A stretch of DNA of 64,000 nucleotides from Octopus sinensis (lineage: Eukaryota), in contig NC_042997.1 of NCBI RefSeq assembly GCF_006345805.1, forward strand, positions 112,096,001-112,160,000, written 5' to 3'. Every line of letters begins with the position of its first letter. The first letter of the stretch is position 1. Made by a program: the position numbers and the translations under genes. The notes under the pieces were generated by a model. That model was given only the letters and a program-made list of their open reading frames with translations. It was not told where the DNA came from and ran no database searches. Shown piece by piece: positions 25,880 to 38,334 of the stretch.

Positions 25880-26905
25880 TATTGGTTTCAAATTTTGGCA
25901 CAAGACCAGCAATTTCGGGGGAGGGGGTAAGTTGATTACATCGCCCCTCTTCCCCCAGTGTTCAACTGGTACTTGTTTTTATCAACCTTGAAAGGATAAA
26001 AGGCAAAAATCAACCTCAGTGGAATTTGAACTCAGAATGTAAGGACAGACAAAATGCCACGAAACATTTTGCACAACTTGTTGCCTTATTTCTAATATAA
26101 GTATTGGTTTCAAATTTTAGCACAAGGCCAGCAATTTTGGGGGTAGGAGACTAGTTGATTACATTAACCCCAGTGCTCAACTGGTACTCCTTGAAAGGAG
26201 AAAAGGTAAAGTGGACCTCAGCGGAATTTGAACTCAGAACTTAATGTTAGCACACTGAGTGAAATGTTTAGCGGTATTTTGTCTGTCTTTATGTTCTGGG
26301 TTCAAATTCTGCCAAGGTCAACTTTTCCTTTCATCTTTTGGAGTCGATAAATTAAGTACCAGTTGCATACATGGGTCGATCTAATTGACTGGCTCCCTCC
26401 CCCAAAATTTCGGGCCTTGTGTCTAGAATAGAAAAGAATATTTAAAATAACTAAGGGGGCGAGCTGGCAGAATCGTTAGCACACCGGGCAAAATGCTCAG
26501 CAGTATTTCGTATGTCGCTATATTCTGAGTTCAAATTCTGCTGAGGTCAACTTTGCCTTTCATCCTTTCGGGTCAATAAATTAAGCACCAGTTGTGTACT
26601 GCAGGTGATCTAATCAACTAGTCCCCTCCCCAAAGATTGCAGGCCTTGTGCCTAGAGTAGAAAAGAATATTTAAAACAACTAAGGTGGCGAGCTGGCAGA
26701 AATGTTAGCACACCGGGTGAAATGCTTGGCGGTATTTCATCTGTCTTTGTTCTGAGTTCAAATTCCGCCAAGGTTGACTTTGCCTTTCATCCTTTCAGGA
26801 TCAATGAATTAAGCATGAGTTGTGTACTGTGGTCGGTCTAGTTGACTGGCTCCCTCCCCACAAATTTCGGTCCTTGTGCCTAGAGTAAAAAAGAATATTT
26901 AAAAC
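25880..26905. mobile_element. Cluster of SINE family B: two minus copies (25880-26240) then three plus copies in tandem (26243-26905)
   Basis: Heads TAAGG.GGCGAGCTGGCAGAA at about 26453 and 26682, B-box GAGTTCAAATTC; all three plus units end GAATATTTAAAA(T/C)AAC. Confidence 0.9.
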
Positions 26906-27615
26906 AACTTTGCTCATAAGACCTGGGGTGATTTTTTAATCTTTTTTTTTGTTTTGCTATTAAATGTGTGTCTTCAATGCCATCAAATACAGGAAATTTC
27001 TTGTTTTCCATTTTGGAATTTATGTGACAGTTTTCCAAGATTAGAACCAGGACATTTACACAGAAGAACTTGCAAAAAGTCTTCAATTACATCTGTACAA
27101 TATTTCCAAGCAATTATTATATTGAATTCCTGTTATTTTATTTATTTATTTTTTTTGTTGTTGTTGTTGTTGAGTTCGTTTTAAATATGCTACAGTTGCA
27201 ATGAAATCTGCTAAGACAATTTGAAATACTAAGAACTGCAAACTCATCAAAACACTAATTATATTATAAAACCACAGATTAATTGCATGCGTATTAGATT
27301 GTCTCCTTGAATACCTGACAACTGAAATATTGCTAAAACAAGATGACAACAACAGGTGTTTTCAGCACTAATTGGCCACAGTATCAATTAGCATAACCTA
27401 ATTAGTAACATATCAGATTTCAAATTGCAAACTGATATGTTACAGAAAATTAAAATAAAGAAAAAAAAGAAGAAAAAATGTATTTAATTAGTTTTTTTCA
27501 AGCTTATTTGCCATTATCCTACTGATGCTGTGGCATCATGTTGTTGTTTTGACTGTTGTTGATGTTGTTGTTGTTATTGTCTTTTACTAATTGTGTCCAT
27601 AGTTGAATTAACCCT

Positions 27616-28110
27616 CTTGAGACCAACGTGCTGGAGAACATCTTTGGTCCTCTCGTACAAACTTCCCACTTTAAAATGATCAAAATTTTATGCTAATTTA
27701 TGTTTGAACACCAGGATAATAAGGACAAAGTCATTATATTAAATTCTTCGTTATTTCCAAAATTAATGGAAACAAAGGTAGAATGCTTCAACAAGAATAT
27801 GGCAACAAATGGATTAAAGTGATTTAAATGATAACCTTCCATCAAAATTCCATGTTATGTTGTAAACACAGTATTTTAACTAAAATTCTTCGTTATTTTC
27901 AACAAAAAGTGGTGTATTTCAATAGAAATACATTAACAGATTGGTTGAATATTGTTTGAGTTTATTGGTATGTGTGTTCTGTAATTCACCTGAGACAACC
28001 TTTACTTCTGTGATGCGAAGCTCTGCTTTTAAAGTGATCTAAATTTGAACCGTTCATCAAAACTGCATGGTGAATTTATCTTCCAAATATCAGATTATTT
28101 ATGACACATT
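27616..28110. mobile_element. Decayed tandem remnants of a TTAA-ended MITE (piggyBac-like)
   Basis: Starts TTAACCCT; internal blocks (AAATTCTTCGTTATTT, CCATCAAAA) recur two to three times; first unit ends GGATTAA. Confidence 0.45.
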
Positions 28111-28124
28111 TATTTTACTGAATA

Positions 28125-28930
28125 ATTGTTTTACTTGTTTCTGCCATTCTGACTGCGGCCATGCTAGAGCATTGCCTTTAGTCGAGCAAATGAACCCCAG
28201 AAATTATTCTTTGTAAGCCTAGTACTTATTTCTTTATTTCCCACAGAGGGCTAAACATACAGAGGACAAACAAGGACAGACACTGGGATTAAGTCCATTA
28301 CATCGACCCCAGTATGTAACTGGTACTTATTTAATCAACCCCGAAAGGATGAAAGGCAAAGTCAACCTTGGTGGAATTTGAACTCAGAATGTAAAGACAA
28401 ATGAAATACCTATTTCTTTACTACGCACAAGGGGCTAAACACAGAGAGAACAAACAAGGACAGACAAACGGATTAAGTTGATTATATCGAACCCAGTGTG
28501 TAACTGGTACTTATGTAATCGACCCCAAAAGATGAAAGGCTAAGTCTACCTTGATGGAATTTGAACTCAGAACGTAGCAGCAGACAAAATACCACAAAGC
28601 ATTTCGCCCAGCGTGCTAATGTTTCTGCCAGCTCGCCGCCTTACTTATTCTATCGGTCTCTTTTGCTGAACCACTAAGTTACAGGGATGTAAACACACCG
28701 ACATCAGTTGTCAAGTGATGGTGGGGGACACACACACAGACACACAAACACACACACATGATGGGCTTCTTTCAGTTTCCGTCTACCAAATCCACTCACA
28801 AAGCTTTGGTCTGCCTGAGGCTAATGTAGAAGACACCAGCTGAAGATGCCACGAAACTGGAACCATGTGGTTGGGACTGAGCCCGGAATCAAGTGGTTGA
28901 GAAGTAAGATTCTTACCACACAGCCACCCC
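28125..28930 (-). mobile_element. SINE family A with a nested family-B tandem dimer (28232-28642)
   Basis: A sequence is interrupted at TACTTATT and resumes with CTTATTCTATCGG after two head-to-tail B units. Confidence 0.85.
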
Positions 28931-29439
28931 CAGAACAAAGGCGCCATGTAGGTCAACAGAAATATGATAGCAAAAGAATTAACAAGTGTTGCCATAACCT
29001 GTGATATCTTCACATTCTAAACATGTTCAAACAGCTCAGTCTATCAGGCTCTAAATAGATACCACTTGTTGATACAAAGGTCAATACAGTTCACTGATCT
29101 AGATGATAACCGCATTTTCACCAGCAGAGCGGGGGTTGGGGTGGTAGTCATTGTGTTCTTTTACATGTTTCAGTCGTTTGACTGCGGTCATGCTGGAGTA
29201 CCCCCTTTAAGAATTTTTAGTGGAATAAATCACCCCCTCCGCTATTTATTTTGTTTTGAAGCTTGGTACTTATTCTATTATGTCCTTTTTGCTGAACTGC
29301 TAAGTTATGGGGATGTAAACATACCAACACCGGTTGTCAAGCAGTGGTGAGGGGTGCAAACACAGACACACACATAGGCTGGCACTTATATAGATAGATA
29401 GTCAATGCATCATATCTGAAAAAGAAGTGCACTCTAAAG

Positions 29440-29714
29440 CAGTGGTTCCCAAATTATATTGGGCTGCTGCCCCCTTGACACTCAAGCCACATTCCTAGTG
29501 CCCCTACCTCAACTAACCATCGCAAACACAAACCTCTTTCTGAAGCGAATTCAAAGCAATTGCATTTCACAAATAAAACTTAACCTAATGAACCCATTAT
29601 TTTGTTGATTTTACATGAATCGCTACCCCATTATTGCCCCACTTTTCTTCAATGCTCCCTTGGAATTTTCCACCACATCCACGGGTGCAATACCACCCAG
29701 TTTGGGAACCACTG
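29440..29714. mobile_element. hAT (Charlie-like) MITE, 275 bp
   Basis: Perfect 14-bp TIR CAGTGGTTCCCAAA / TTTGGGAACCACTG and perfect 8-bp TSD CTCTAAAG (29432-29439, 29715-29722). Confidence 0.95.
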
Positions 29715-30024
29715 CTCTAAAGCATAGAGCAGTAATGTATTTGTATGTAGTTAAGTCAGTGACCAGTCACAGACAAATGTCTTCGGCTTTAGAATTTGAC
29801 AAGCCGTTCACAGGGCTTAGCCCTTTGTGGATGCTATACCATTAGTCACTCTATGACCAGACATAGGCTTAACTACAAATAAACACACACACACACACAC
29901 ACGCACAATCCATATTATATTAAGAGAAGAAAATGGAGAACTAGTGGTTAATATTTACTTTTATTAATAAATTGATAATCATTTCTTCCTACAGCTGTTT
30001 CCATTTATACTCATTGAATAAGTT

Positions 30025-30129
30025 ACAAATTTATGCATTAGATTTGCATTTATAAGTTATGATGCCTAACTTTTCCTTGATGATATTTTACTCATAACTT
30101 ATAAATGCAAATCTAATGCATGAATTTGT
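30025..30129. repeat. 38-bp inverted repeat with a 29-nt loop
   Basis: Arms 30025-30062 and 30092-30129 with one mismatch. Confidence 0.95.
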
Positions 30130-31394
30130 TATTGGGAAGCAATCCTCTTACATCCTGTAATTGTGTGTTGAGTAGCTGCGATGATGAGGTAGTGGTGGTC
30201 ACATGACTAGGGTAGGCATTGAGACAGCTCTCTTTCAATGCAAATTTGATTTTAGGGTGAGAAAACAGTGTTTAAAGGTGTCAGTGTGTCGATGTGTTAA
30301 GTATTTTGGCAAGAAGCGTTGTGCTAAACTATTGCCGCCGTAACATACTCAAACAGTAAAGGGTCTGTTAGAGAGAAACAGCTCAGGCTCCGATCTGTTG
30401 GTTGTGTTGCATTAACTTAAATGAAAGGTTAATTGCAAGCGAGCTTCTAAAGTGATAGCGTATCGGCATTTGTGGTTGTTATTGTTGTTGCCGTTGTTGG
30501 TGTGAAATGATGAAAGAGAACTTCAGAGAGATGCCATTCTTTGAATTGTTGAATTACTTCAAGCAACATTAAATAGTTAAAAGAGACTCGATACGATTAT
30601 ATTTGCTCATTCATACATCAAATATACATTTCATGAATAGGAATACAGTTTTTTAAAAAATATAATTGTTGACAAATTATTAAGATTTAAAAACGAACAA
30701 AAAAAAAAACCCAAAAAGCCCACAAACACTTCAGTTGTTTGGTTTATGTCTCTACAACTCTTTTCAGTCTAAAAAAATAATTTTTTTTTAGTTTTTAGCT
30801 AAGACTGGGATAATAGCTGCAATTAAGGACCTTTTCAGTCCCTTAAATACTGAGATCTTATGTAATGGTTAGTGTTAATAATCATCATCATCACCATCAC
30901 CACCACCACCACCACCACCATCAGCATCACCATCATTTAACATCTGTTTACTATGCTGGTATGGGTTCAATGGTTTGACAGGAGCTGGCAAGCCATAGGG
31001 CCTCACCAGGCTCCAGTTGTCTGTTTTAGCATGGCTTCTATGACTGGATGCCCTTCCTAACACCAAACATTATAAAATATTCTGGGTGCTTTTTACATGG
31101 CACTAGAATGGATGCTTTTAGGTGACGCTAGCACCGGTGCTTTTTATGTAACGAATCATTCTGCTCTGTAGAATGAAGTCAGGATTGCATTCCATACTCC
31201 TTAGGCTGAAGTCACTAGACTGTAGGACGATTTTCTGCATCGTTACACATCATTAGCTACAGACATCATATCTGTTGTTCACAGCCCATATAAAACATTT
31301 GCTGGTGTGCGCAAAGCTTTACCAAGCTGGAATTAATTAAATTAATTAATGAGAGGCACATTAAGCAGTGATGATTGAAATATAGGTGCCTTTC

Positions 31395-31720
31395 TTCTTC
31401 TTTCACTTGTTTCAGTCATTAGACTGTGGTCATGCTGGGGCACTGCCTTGAAAAATTTTCAAGCATGGTACTTACTCTATCAGTCTCTAGCTGACACTAG
31501 CTGTTAAGTGGTAGTAGGAGACACACACATGCACAAGCACACACACACACACATGCACACATAGGGTTTTTCTTACAGTTTCTGTCTACCGAATCCACTC
31601 ATGAGGCTTTAGTTGGCCTAAGGTTATAGTAGAAGGCACTTACCCAAGGTGTCACACAGTGAGACTGAACCCGGAACCATGTAGTTGGGAAGCAAACTTC
31701 TTACCACACAGCCACGCCTG
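31395..31720 (-). mobile_element. SINE family A (internally deleted)
   Basis: Both halves present around a (CA)n centre. Confidence 0.75.
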
Positions 31721-32214
31721 TATTTATATGTGTGCACAATTATATTTAACCTGTCATGTACACTCAAATATGGAATGACCTCCACTACTAGAAAATGTCT
31801 ATGGAAAGGAATGCCCCCTATAAACAATGTGCTTATGAAAACCAGACCAGAAGGCTTTCATTTTATAAGTTCTCAAATAAGAACCTGTATCTAGCTTCTT
31901 ATCACCTGGCACAAGGCCACTTCTTTCAGAACAAATCCCCATTTCATTTGAAGGGCTGTTGTCCTGCAAGCGACTTGGTTACCTCATTGATGCTGGTGCC
32001 ACATAATACACCCAGTCCACCCTACAAAGTGGTTGGCATTAGGTAAGGGCATGAAGCCATAGAAACCATGCCCAAAACAAGCAGTGGAGCTTGGTGCAGT
32101 CCTCTGGCACACCAGCCCCTGCCAAACCATCCAACCCATGCCAGCATGGAAAATGGATCTTAAATGATGATGAGGATGATGGAGGTGGTGGTGGTGATGG
32201 TAATGATAATGATG

Positions 32215-32430
32215 ATTTAAAATTTTGGCACAAGACCAGTAATTTCAGGGGAAGGGGTAAGTCGATTACATCAACCCCAGTGTACAACTGGTACTTATTT
32301 TGTTCAACCCAGAAAGGAAGAAATGCAAAGTTGACCTCGGCAGAATTTGAACTCAGAATGTAAAGACAGACGAAATGCTGAAGAGCATTTTGTCTGGTGT
32401 GCTAAAGATTCTGCCAGCTCACTGCCTTAT
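32215..32430 (-). mobile_element. SINE family B
   Basis: Reverse match to the B consensus including the head ...CTGCCAGCTCACTGCCTTA. Confidence 0.85.
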
Positions 32431-32894
32431 ATGATGATGATAATGATGATAATGACGATGACAATGGTGGTGATGATGATGATGGTGGTGGTGGTGGTGG
32501 TGGCGATGATGATTGTGGTGATAATGATGATGATGACAATAATGATGACGATGACGATGACGACAATGCCGATGGTGATGATGATGATGGTGATGATGAT
32601 AATGATGATGACGACGACAATGATAGTGATGGCAGTGGTGATGATGATGATGATAATGATGATGGTGATGACAATGATGATGACGATGGTGATGATGACG
32701 ATGGTGATGATGACGATGGTGATGATGACGATGGTGATGATGACGATGGTGATGATGATGGTGATAACGAAGATGACAATGATGATGGTGATGACGATGA
32801 GGATGATAATGATAATGACAACGGCGATAGTGATGATGCTGGTGATGATGTTAACGATGATGATAACAATGATGAGGACAATGATGGTGATGAC

Positions 32895-32928
<34 letters not shown>

Positions 32929-32965
32929 GTGACGACGGTGATGATGATGATGATGATGATAATGA
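32428..32965. repeat. (ATG)n-based compound microsatellite
   Basis: Directly visible. Confidence 0.95.
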
Positions 32966-33289
32966 TTTGCATTTCATTTGAGGCAAACAAAGATTTCTGG
33001 TTTTTACTTTCCCCATATTTCCATCGTTTGAGGCTTTCCCAAACATTTCCACCAGCGCAACGCCACACACACACAAGAGATTAAGCAGATAAAATAAAGA
33101 GACTTTGGTTGGCGGTGATTACTTCTCTTTCGAACGTATGAAGCAGTGTTTCATCAATAGACTTTCCAAATCAATGATTCTTCAACCAAAACCTAATTCT
33201 AATGCTACATTTCCAAAATACACCGGACTCTACTAACGAACATTCTTCCTCTGTGGACATTTTATAGAAAGTAGACCTCTCTTCCTAAC

Positions 33290-33610
33290 CCCCCTCTCTG
33301 TATTCCTCATGCTCCCTCTCTCCATCTTCCTTCCTCTCTCTCTTTATCTCTTTCTCTCCCCTTCCCCCTCTCCATCTTCCTCTCTCTCTCTTTACCTTTT
33401 TCTCTCATCCTCCCTCTCTCTCTTTCTATTTCTTCCTCTCTCTTTCATCCCCTCTCTCTTTTCTTCTCTCCTATTTTCTCTGTCTTCCTCTCTCTTTCAT
33501 CCCCTCTCTCTCTTCCATTTCCTCTCTCTCCCTGTTTCTCTCTACCCCTATCTCATTTTCTCTGTCTTTCTCTTCTTTCCCTCCCTCTCTCACGTCCTTT
33601 ATGCTTCACT
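33290..33610. repeat. CT-rich polypyrimidine tract
   Basis: About 300 bp of almost pure C/T. Confidence 0.9.
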
Positions 33611-34112
33611 ATTCTTAACACACACACACACACACACACGTACACGCCCCTGCACACATCGGTCCATTAGAAGACTCGTGCTAAGCACCGAATCTCTGCG
33701 AGATTGATTCATTACGTTGACAAAACTATGGAATTTTTATTGAAGTGTTCGTATGAAATATATATTAGGCTTCTCTACCAAATCAATAAATTATATATCT
33801 ATTGATCACCGTATAGGTGAATACGTAAATTCATAGATTCAGATGCTGGGCTTCGGTGACAAATATTTGATGTGGGGAAAAATATACAACATTTTGAGAA
33901 GGAGATAGATTTTTCTCTCAGACAAACACCACAGCATCATAACTTTTGATGGTCTATATAGATTAGGTTTGGTACACGGATAGCTTCTATGGGTGAAATA
34001 TACAGAAACTGCATGAGCTAATCAGAGGTTTCACGAGCCCTTCTAAATCCATTGCAATGCTAGAACCCTTCTCGGCTATCTTTTGTTTTGACTTGAAGGG
34101 TTGTTATCTGGG

Positions 34113-34552
34113 TTCGTTAATTTCCATAAAAATTTATTTATTTATTTATTTATTTTTGTTTCAAAGTGAAAGAGAGGAAAAAGTATAGATATGTGTATAT
34201 GAAATGGATGTGTGTGTGTGTGTGTGTGAGAAAGAGAGAGAGGAAGAGAGTGAGTGAAGGGGTGTGTTGTCATGTATACGTACATACATCATTACATATG
34301 CATACATCTTTTTTGTATGTATATGTGTGTATGTGTGTGTGTGTGAGAGAAAGAGAGAGAGACAGAGACAGAGAGAGTGAGTGAATGTGTGTGTTCTCAT
34401 GTATGTGTAAATGGAACTCACTCATTCTCTCTCTCTCTCTCACACACTCACGTCCATTTCATATATACATTCACACATCTTTTACTTTCTCTTCTCTTTC
34501 ACTTTAAAACAAAAGTGAATAAATAAAAAAAATTTTATGGAAATTAACGAAC
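34113..34552. repeat. Foldback element, arms about 34113-34260 and 34410-34552
   Basis: GTTCGTTAATTTCCATAAAA... pairs with ...TTTTATGGAAATTAACGAAC; microsatellite core. Confidence 0.8.
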
Positions 34553-34719
34553 AAAACAGCTGATTCGGATGACATTTCATTGACTACTTTTTGAGGCATA
34601 TCGACCGATAGCCCCCTTTCCATATCATCAACAGGTATCTCACAGTCACAATCATTTTGCCCTTGAGTCTGTGTAAGTTTCACCTGAGTGGAACAGCGAG
34701 GACTGAGCTAGTCTCCACC

Positions 34720-35135
34720 TACGGAAGGGTTCCACTTGTCGTCTCTCATCAGTCATAGCCATCTTGAGCTAGTTTCAGCTGCTGTTCCTATTTCCTGGAT
34801 GGCTTTGTACAGTTGTCTGGGTTTCCTGGCCTATCATCTTCTGCATTGAAATAACACACTGACCTGGATGGGAAGCCATGGTAACTGACTCCTGTGGGGA
34901 ATGAGGCTGCCTGCCAATCCTTGACAAGGACCTCGTTGACTAGGTGCTGATATTTTGATTGCTTAAACTGGCAGGAAATATCGAGTCTGTCCTCCCGGGG
35001 CACTGTGAGCTCAACACAATGATTTGTTTTTGTATTCTTAGAGAGCAAGAACATATCTGGTCAGTGTGGTGTTACTACTGTCTCCTCTGGGAAGACAAGT
35101 CCGCACTTCAGGCCCACTTGCATCTCTGAGTCAAT
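34720..35135 (-). pseudogene. HERO-type non-LTR retrotransposon, restriction-like endonuclease C-terminus
   Basis: MQVGLKCGLVFPEETVV-TL-PDMFLLSKNTKTNHCVELTVPREDRLDISCQFKQSKYQHLV...QEIGTAAETSSRWL*L shows the PD..ELTVP.E...K..KY endonuclease motif and the HERO-like AAE..SRWLW tail; frameshifted. Confidence 0.8.
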
Positions 35136-35179
35136 CTTTCTCTAAAAAACTTGTCAACTGATCTCTTTTCACAAACCTA

Positions 35180-35930
35180 AATAGCTTAGCAAATGAGATG
35201 GAGATCAGGCCAGAAAAGAGCAAGATGTTGGTTAATAGTAACAAGTAGAACACAGCAAGCAACATAATGGCTGAACAGAGAGACTTGATAAAGTGGACAC
35301 CTTTAAGTACTTAGGATCCACTTTCACCAAGGTCAGCAGATCTCAAAAGAAGATCACAAGACCAGTTTGGTTTCTGCCGCCATGATAGAGATGAACACCA
35401 TATGGAAAAGCCAATTCGTTAGTTTTCCAAGACTCAAGGTGTATGCGTCCTTAGTGACTTTAATCGTTATGTATGGGTGTGAGAGCTGGACTTTTACAGT
35501 TGACATGAAGCAAAGAATCCAGGCAATTAAGCACAAGTGCTTCAGAAGGGACTGCTACACATCCCATACACAAAGCACCAAATGAACAGCTTTGTCAGGC
35601 AGCAAGTTAACAAATACACTTGCAGACAGGAACCATTCCTTGTGCAGGTAAAAAGACAAAAGCTTGCCTCCTGGTATGGTCACATATCTTGCCACATATC
35701 ACTTTGTCTAAAACCATCCATTAAGGTACAGTTGAAGGAAGGTGTAAAAGAGGTGGGCAGAGAAAATCCAGGTTTGACCACATCAATGACTGGACAGGTC
35801 ACAACACCATGACCCAGCTATGCACGACAGAACAGTGCTGAGATTTGTAAAAGTGCTGAGAGCGGAACCCCCAAGGACTGGCTGCCACATCAATTAAAGG
35901 ATCTTGATGGTGATGATGATGATGATGATG
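35180..35930 (+). mobile_element. Old RTE/BovB-like LINE 3' end
   Basis: DTFKYLGS, MYGCESWT, WYGHI motifs across frameshifts; (GAT)n tail. Confidence 0.85.
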
Positions 35931-36203
35931 AAATACTTTAGTGTATGCAACTGGAACAGCATTTAATCAAAATGGTCATCTATGTATCATATTTAATGTA
36001 TGTACATCTTCGAAAGGCATAAGGTCTGAGAGAAAAATCTCTTCAGGGTCAGTTTGTGTTGAAAACACAAAATAGTAACGAACTTATTGTATACAGTGTT
36101 CAGAAAAACTAACCAAAAGTACATTAGTAGAGTAAGGTGGAGTGAAAATAAAAAATGGCAGAAATTGAAAATGCCTGAAAGCTAAGATGCTGCTTTATTT
36201 AAT

Positions 36204-36382
36204 TACTAGAAAAATGCTAAATTTTCGCTGAGATCAATCAAGGGCATTTACTCCCTCAAGTCCCCTAAACTCAAAAAAAAATGGGGGATTTTTGTAAATT
36301 TTTTACAATAGCGGAGTTTGGGAGGTTTGAAGGAGTAAATACTTTTGTCTGATCTAAGTGAAAATTTAGCATTTTTCTAGTA
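36204..36382. repeat. Imperfect palindrome (MITE-like)
   Basis: Outer arms 36204-36236 and 36350-36382; inner arms TTTACTCCCTCAAG / TTTGAAGGAGTAAA. Confidence 0.8.
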
Positions 36383-37657
36383 AGATATATAGCAAGATTT
36401 TAGGCCTCAGCAACTAGACTTAATATGATTGAACATTCTAGATCCTTCAAGAATGCTTCAATTCAAGGGTTACATAAAGGCTTGTTTTTAGCCTTAACTT
36501 CCAGAGTGTGACAGCCCCTGGTCCAGCTCCTTACATTCTTTTGCTGTTTATAATCATCATTTTAACAACTTCTTCTCAACCTGATATATTGTTATGGTTG
36601 CTTGATATGAATCTAATGTTTATATTTTGTCCTGTCTTGTTAAGCTTTAGAACAGAGCTTTTGTAATCAACCATTTATGAATGCTACAGATTTATTCTTT
36701 TGTGTTGACTTGTGGAAACTTCCTAATTCATAACCAACTTGAAAACTACTTGTATGGTGAAATAAAAGTTATTATTAAACATTTGTATGATGTTGTTACC
36801 TCATTCACACACAGCCTTACGTAAAACCTCCATTGCGACTGTATCATTCAAGGTTTCCTATATATCGGAAGGGACAGCTTTCATCTAAGCAAGTGACAAA
36901 TGGCGTTGACAATAGGCTGAAGTTAGAAATTATGTGGTCACATTTAAGACAGATTCTATTGTTTAGTGTCAAGTTACCAAAAAAAAAAAAAAATGAAAAA
37001 AATCTTACTACATATTTTAAAATGATCAAACACTTTTATAGGAAATAACCAGAATATTCTGAAATAAACAGCAAATACATGTTTCTCCTTTCTGCATTCA
37101 TATACTGAAAATTGCCCCTACACATGCCACTTATTTTAAAATATCTCTCACTTATGTCTAAATATTCTTAATCAATCAACCAATTGCATGTTCCTCAGTG
37201 ACTTCCAGTCTATATTGGCAAAAATCAATCATATTAGTGACTTTGATTTTTTTTTTATAGAAATTAAACTATAACTTTATGTTTTTTGATAAAAATATAT
37301 TATTCATTCCCTGACTTAAAGCATTTATGGACAGAATCTCTATAAATATTATTTATTTATCAGCATATTTGCTATCATCATCATTTAGTGTCTGTTGTCC
37401 ATGCTGGCATGGGTTGGATGGTTTGACCAGTCTGATTTGGCATGGCTTTCTACGGCTGGATGCCTTTCCTAATGCCAACCACTCCAAGTGTAATGGGTGT
37501 TTTATGTGTCACTGGCAGAAGTGTCATTTGCATGACACCAGCATCTGCCATGACTGCGATTTTGCTCAGTTTGGTGGGTCTTCTTCTCAAGCCTGACATA
37601 ATGCCAATAGTCTATGTATGTATGTACATATGTATGTGTGTGAGTGTGTGTGTGTGT

Positions 37658-37701
<44 letters not shown>

Positions 37702-37709
37702 AATGTGTA

Positions 37710-37744
<35 letters not shown>

Positions 37745-37832
37745 GAAGAATTCACGAAAAAACAAAAGACAAAGACAGGTGGTGTAGAAAACAAACAGAT
37801 GTATTAGTATAATGCTCGGGAATTGAAAAAGT

Positions 37833-37868
37833 CTTTAACATTTCGAGCCTACGCTCTTCCACAGAAAG
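37833..37868 (-). ncRNA. Minimal type I hammerhead-like fold in a Penelope-type terminal fragment (element about 37741-37935)
   Basis: cttt CTGTGGA A GAGC gtag GCTC GAAA T GTT aaag: stems I and II are perfect; core variant A6U. Confidence 0.55.
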
Positions 37869-38334
37869 GAACACAGAAAGAAACAAGGAAAGAAATAAGG
37901 TGAGAAAAAAATGTGTGTAGTGGCTACTGATCTAGTCATCATCATCACTTAACATCCATGTTTCATGTTGGCATAGAACAAGAATGGTTTGACATGAGCT
38001 GACAAATTAATGGACTGTGTCATGCTCCACTGACTGCAGGGTTTCTATGGCTGGATGCACAGAGATGGGGGAGATATGGTCAGATAAAAAAAGATGAATT
38101 ATTTTTAAAATGTAGTCTTGCTTCAGTTAGGCTTTGTTTTTCAATAACTATCTTTTTTTTTATTTAACTTGTTATAGAGCTGAGCCCTTTAAAAGAGAAT
38201 TGAATTAAAAATAAGTATTTCAAGGTAGTTTGGCTTCTTGGAAGCAGAACAGAAACGAACACAGGTTGTGGATTATAATTATAAATTTATCTGAAAAATA
38301 TGAATGTATAATAGCACGTATGTAGACCCATAAA

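Noticed and set aside
30186-30207. TGAGGTAGT, matching the 5' end of let-7
   Set aside because: Only the first 9 nt match; no complementary star arm nearby.
34580-34700. GAAAC ... TGATGA order in the putative HERO 3' UTR resembling a permuted hammerhead
   Set aside because: Stems could not be paired convincingly.
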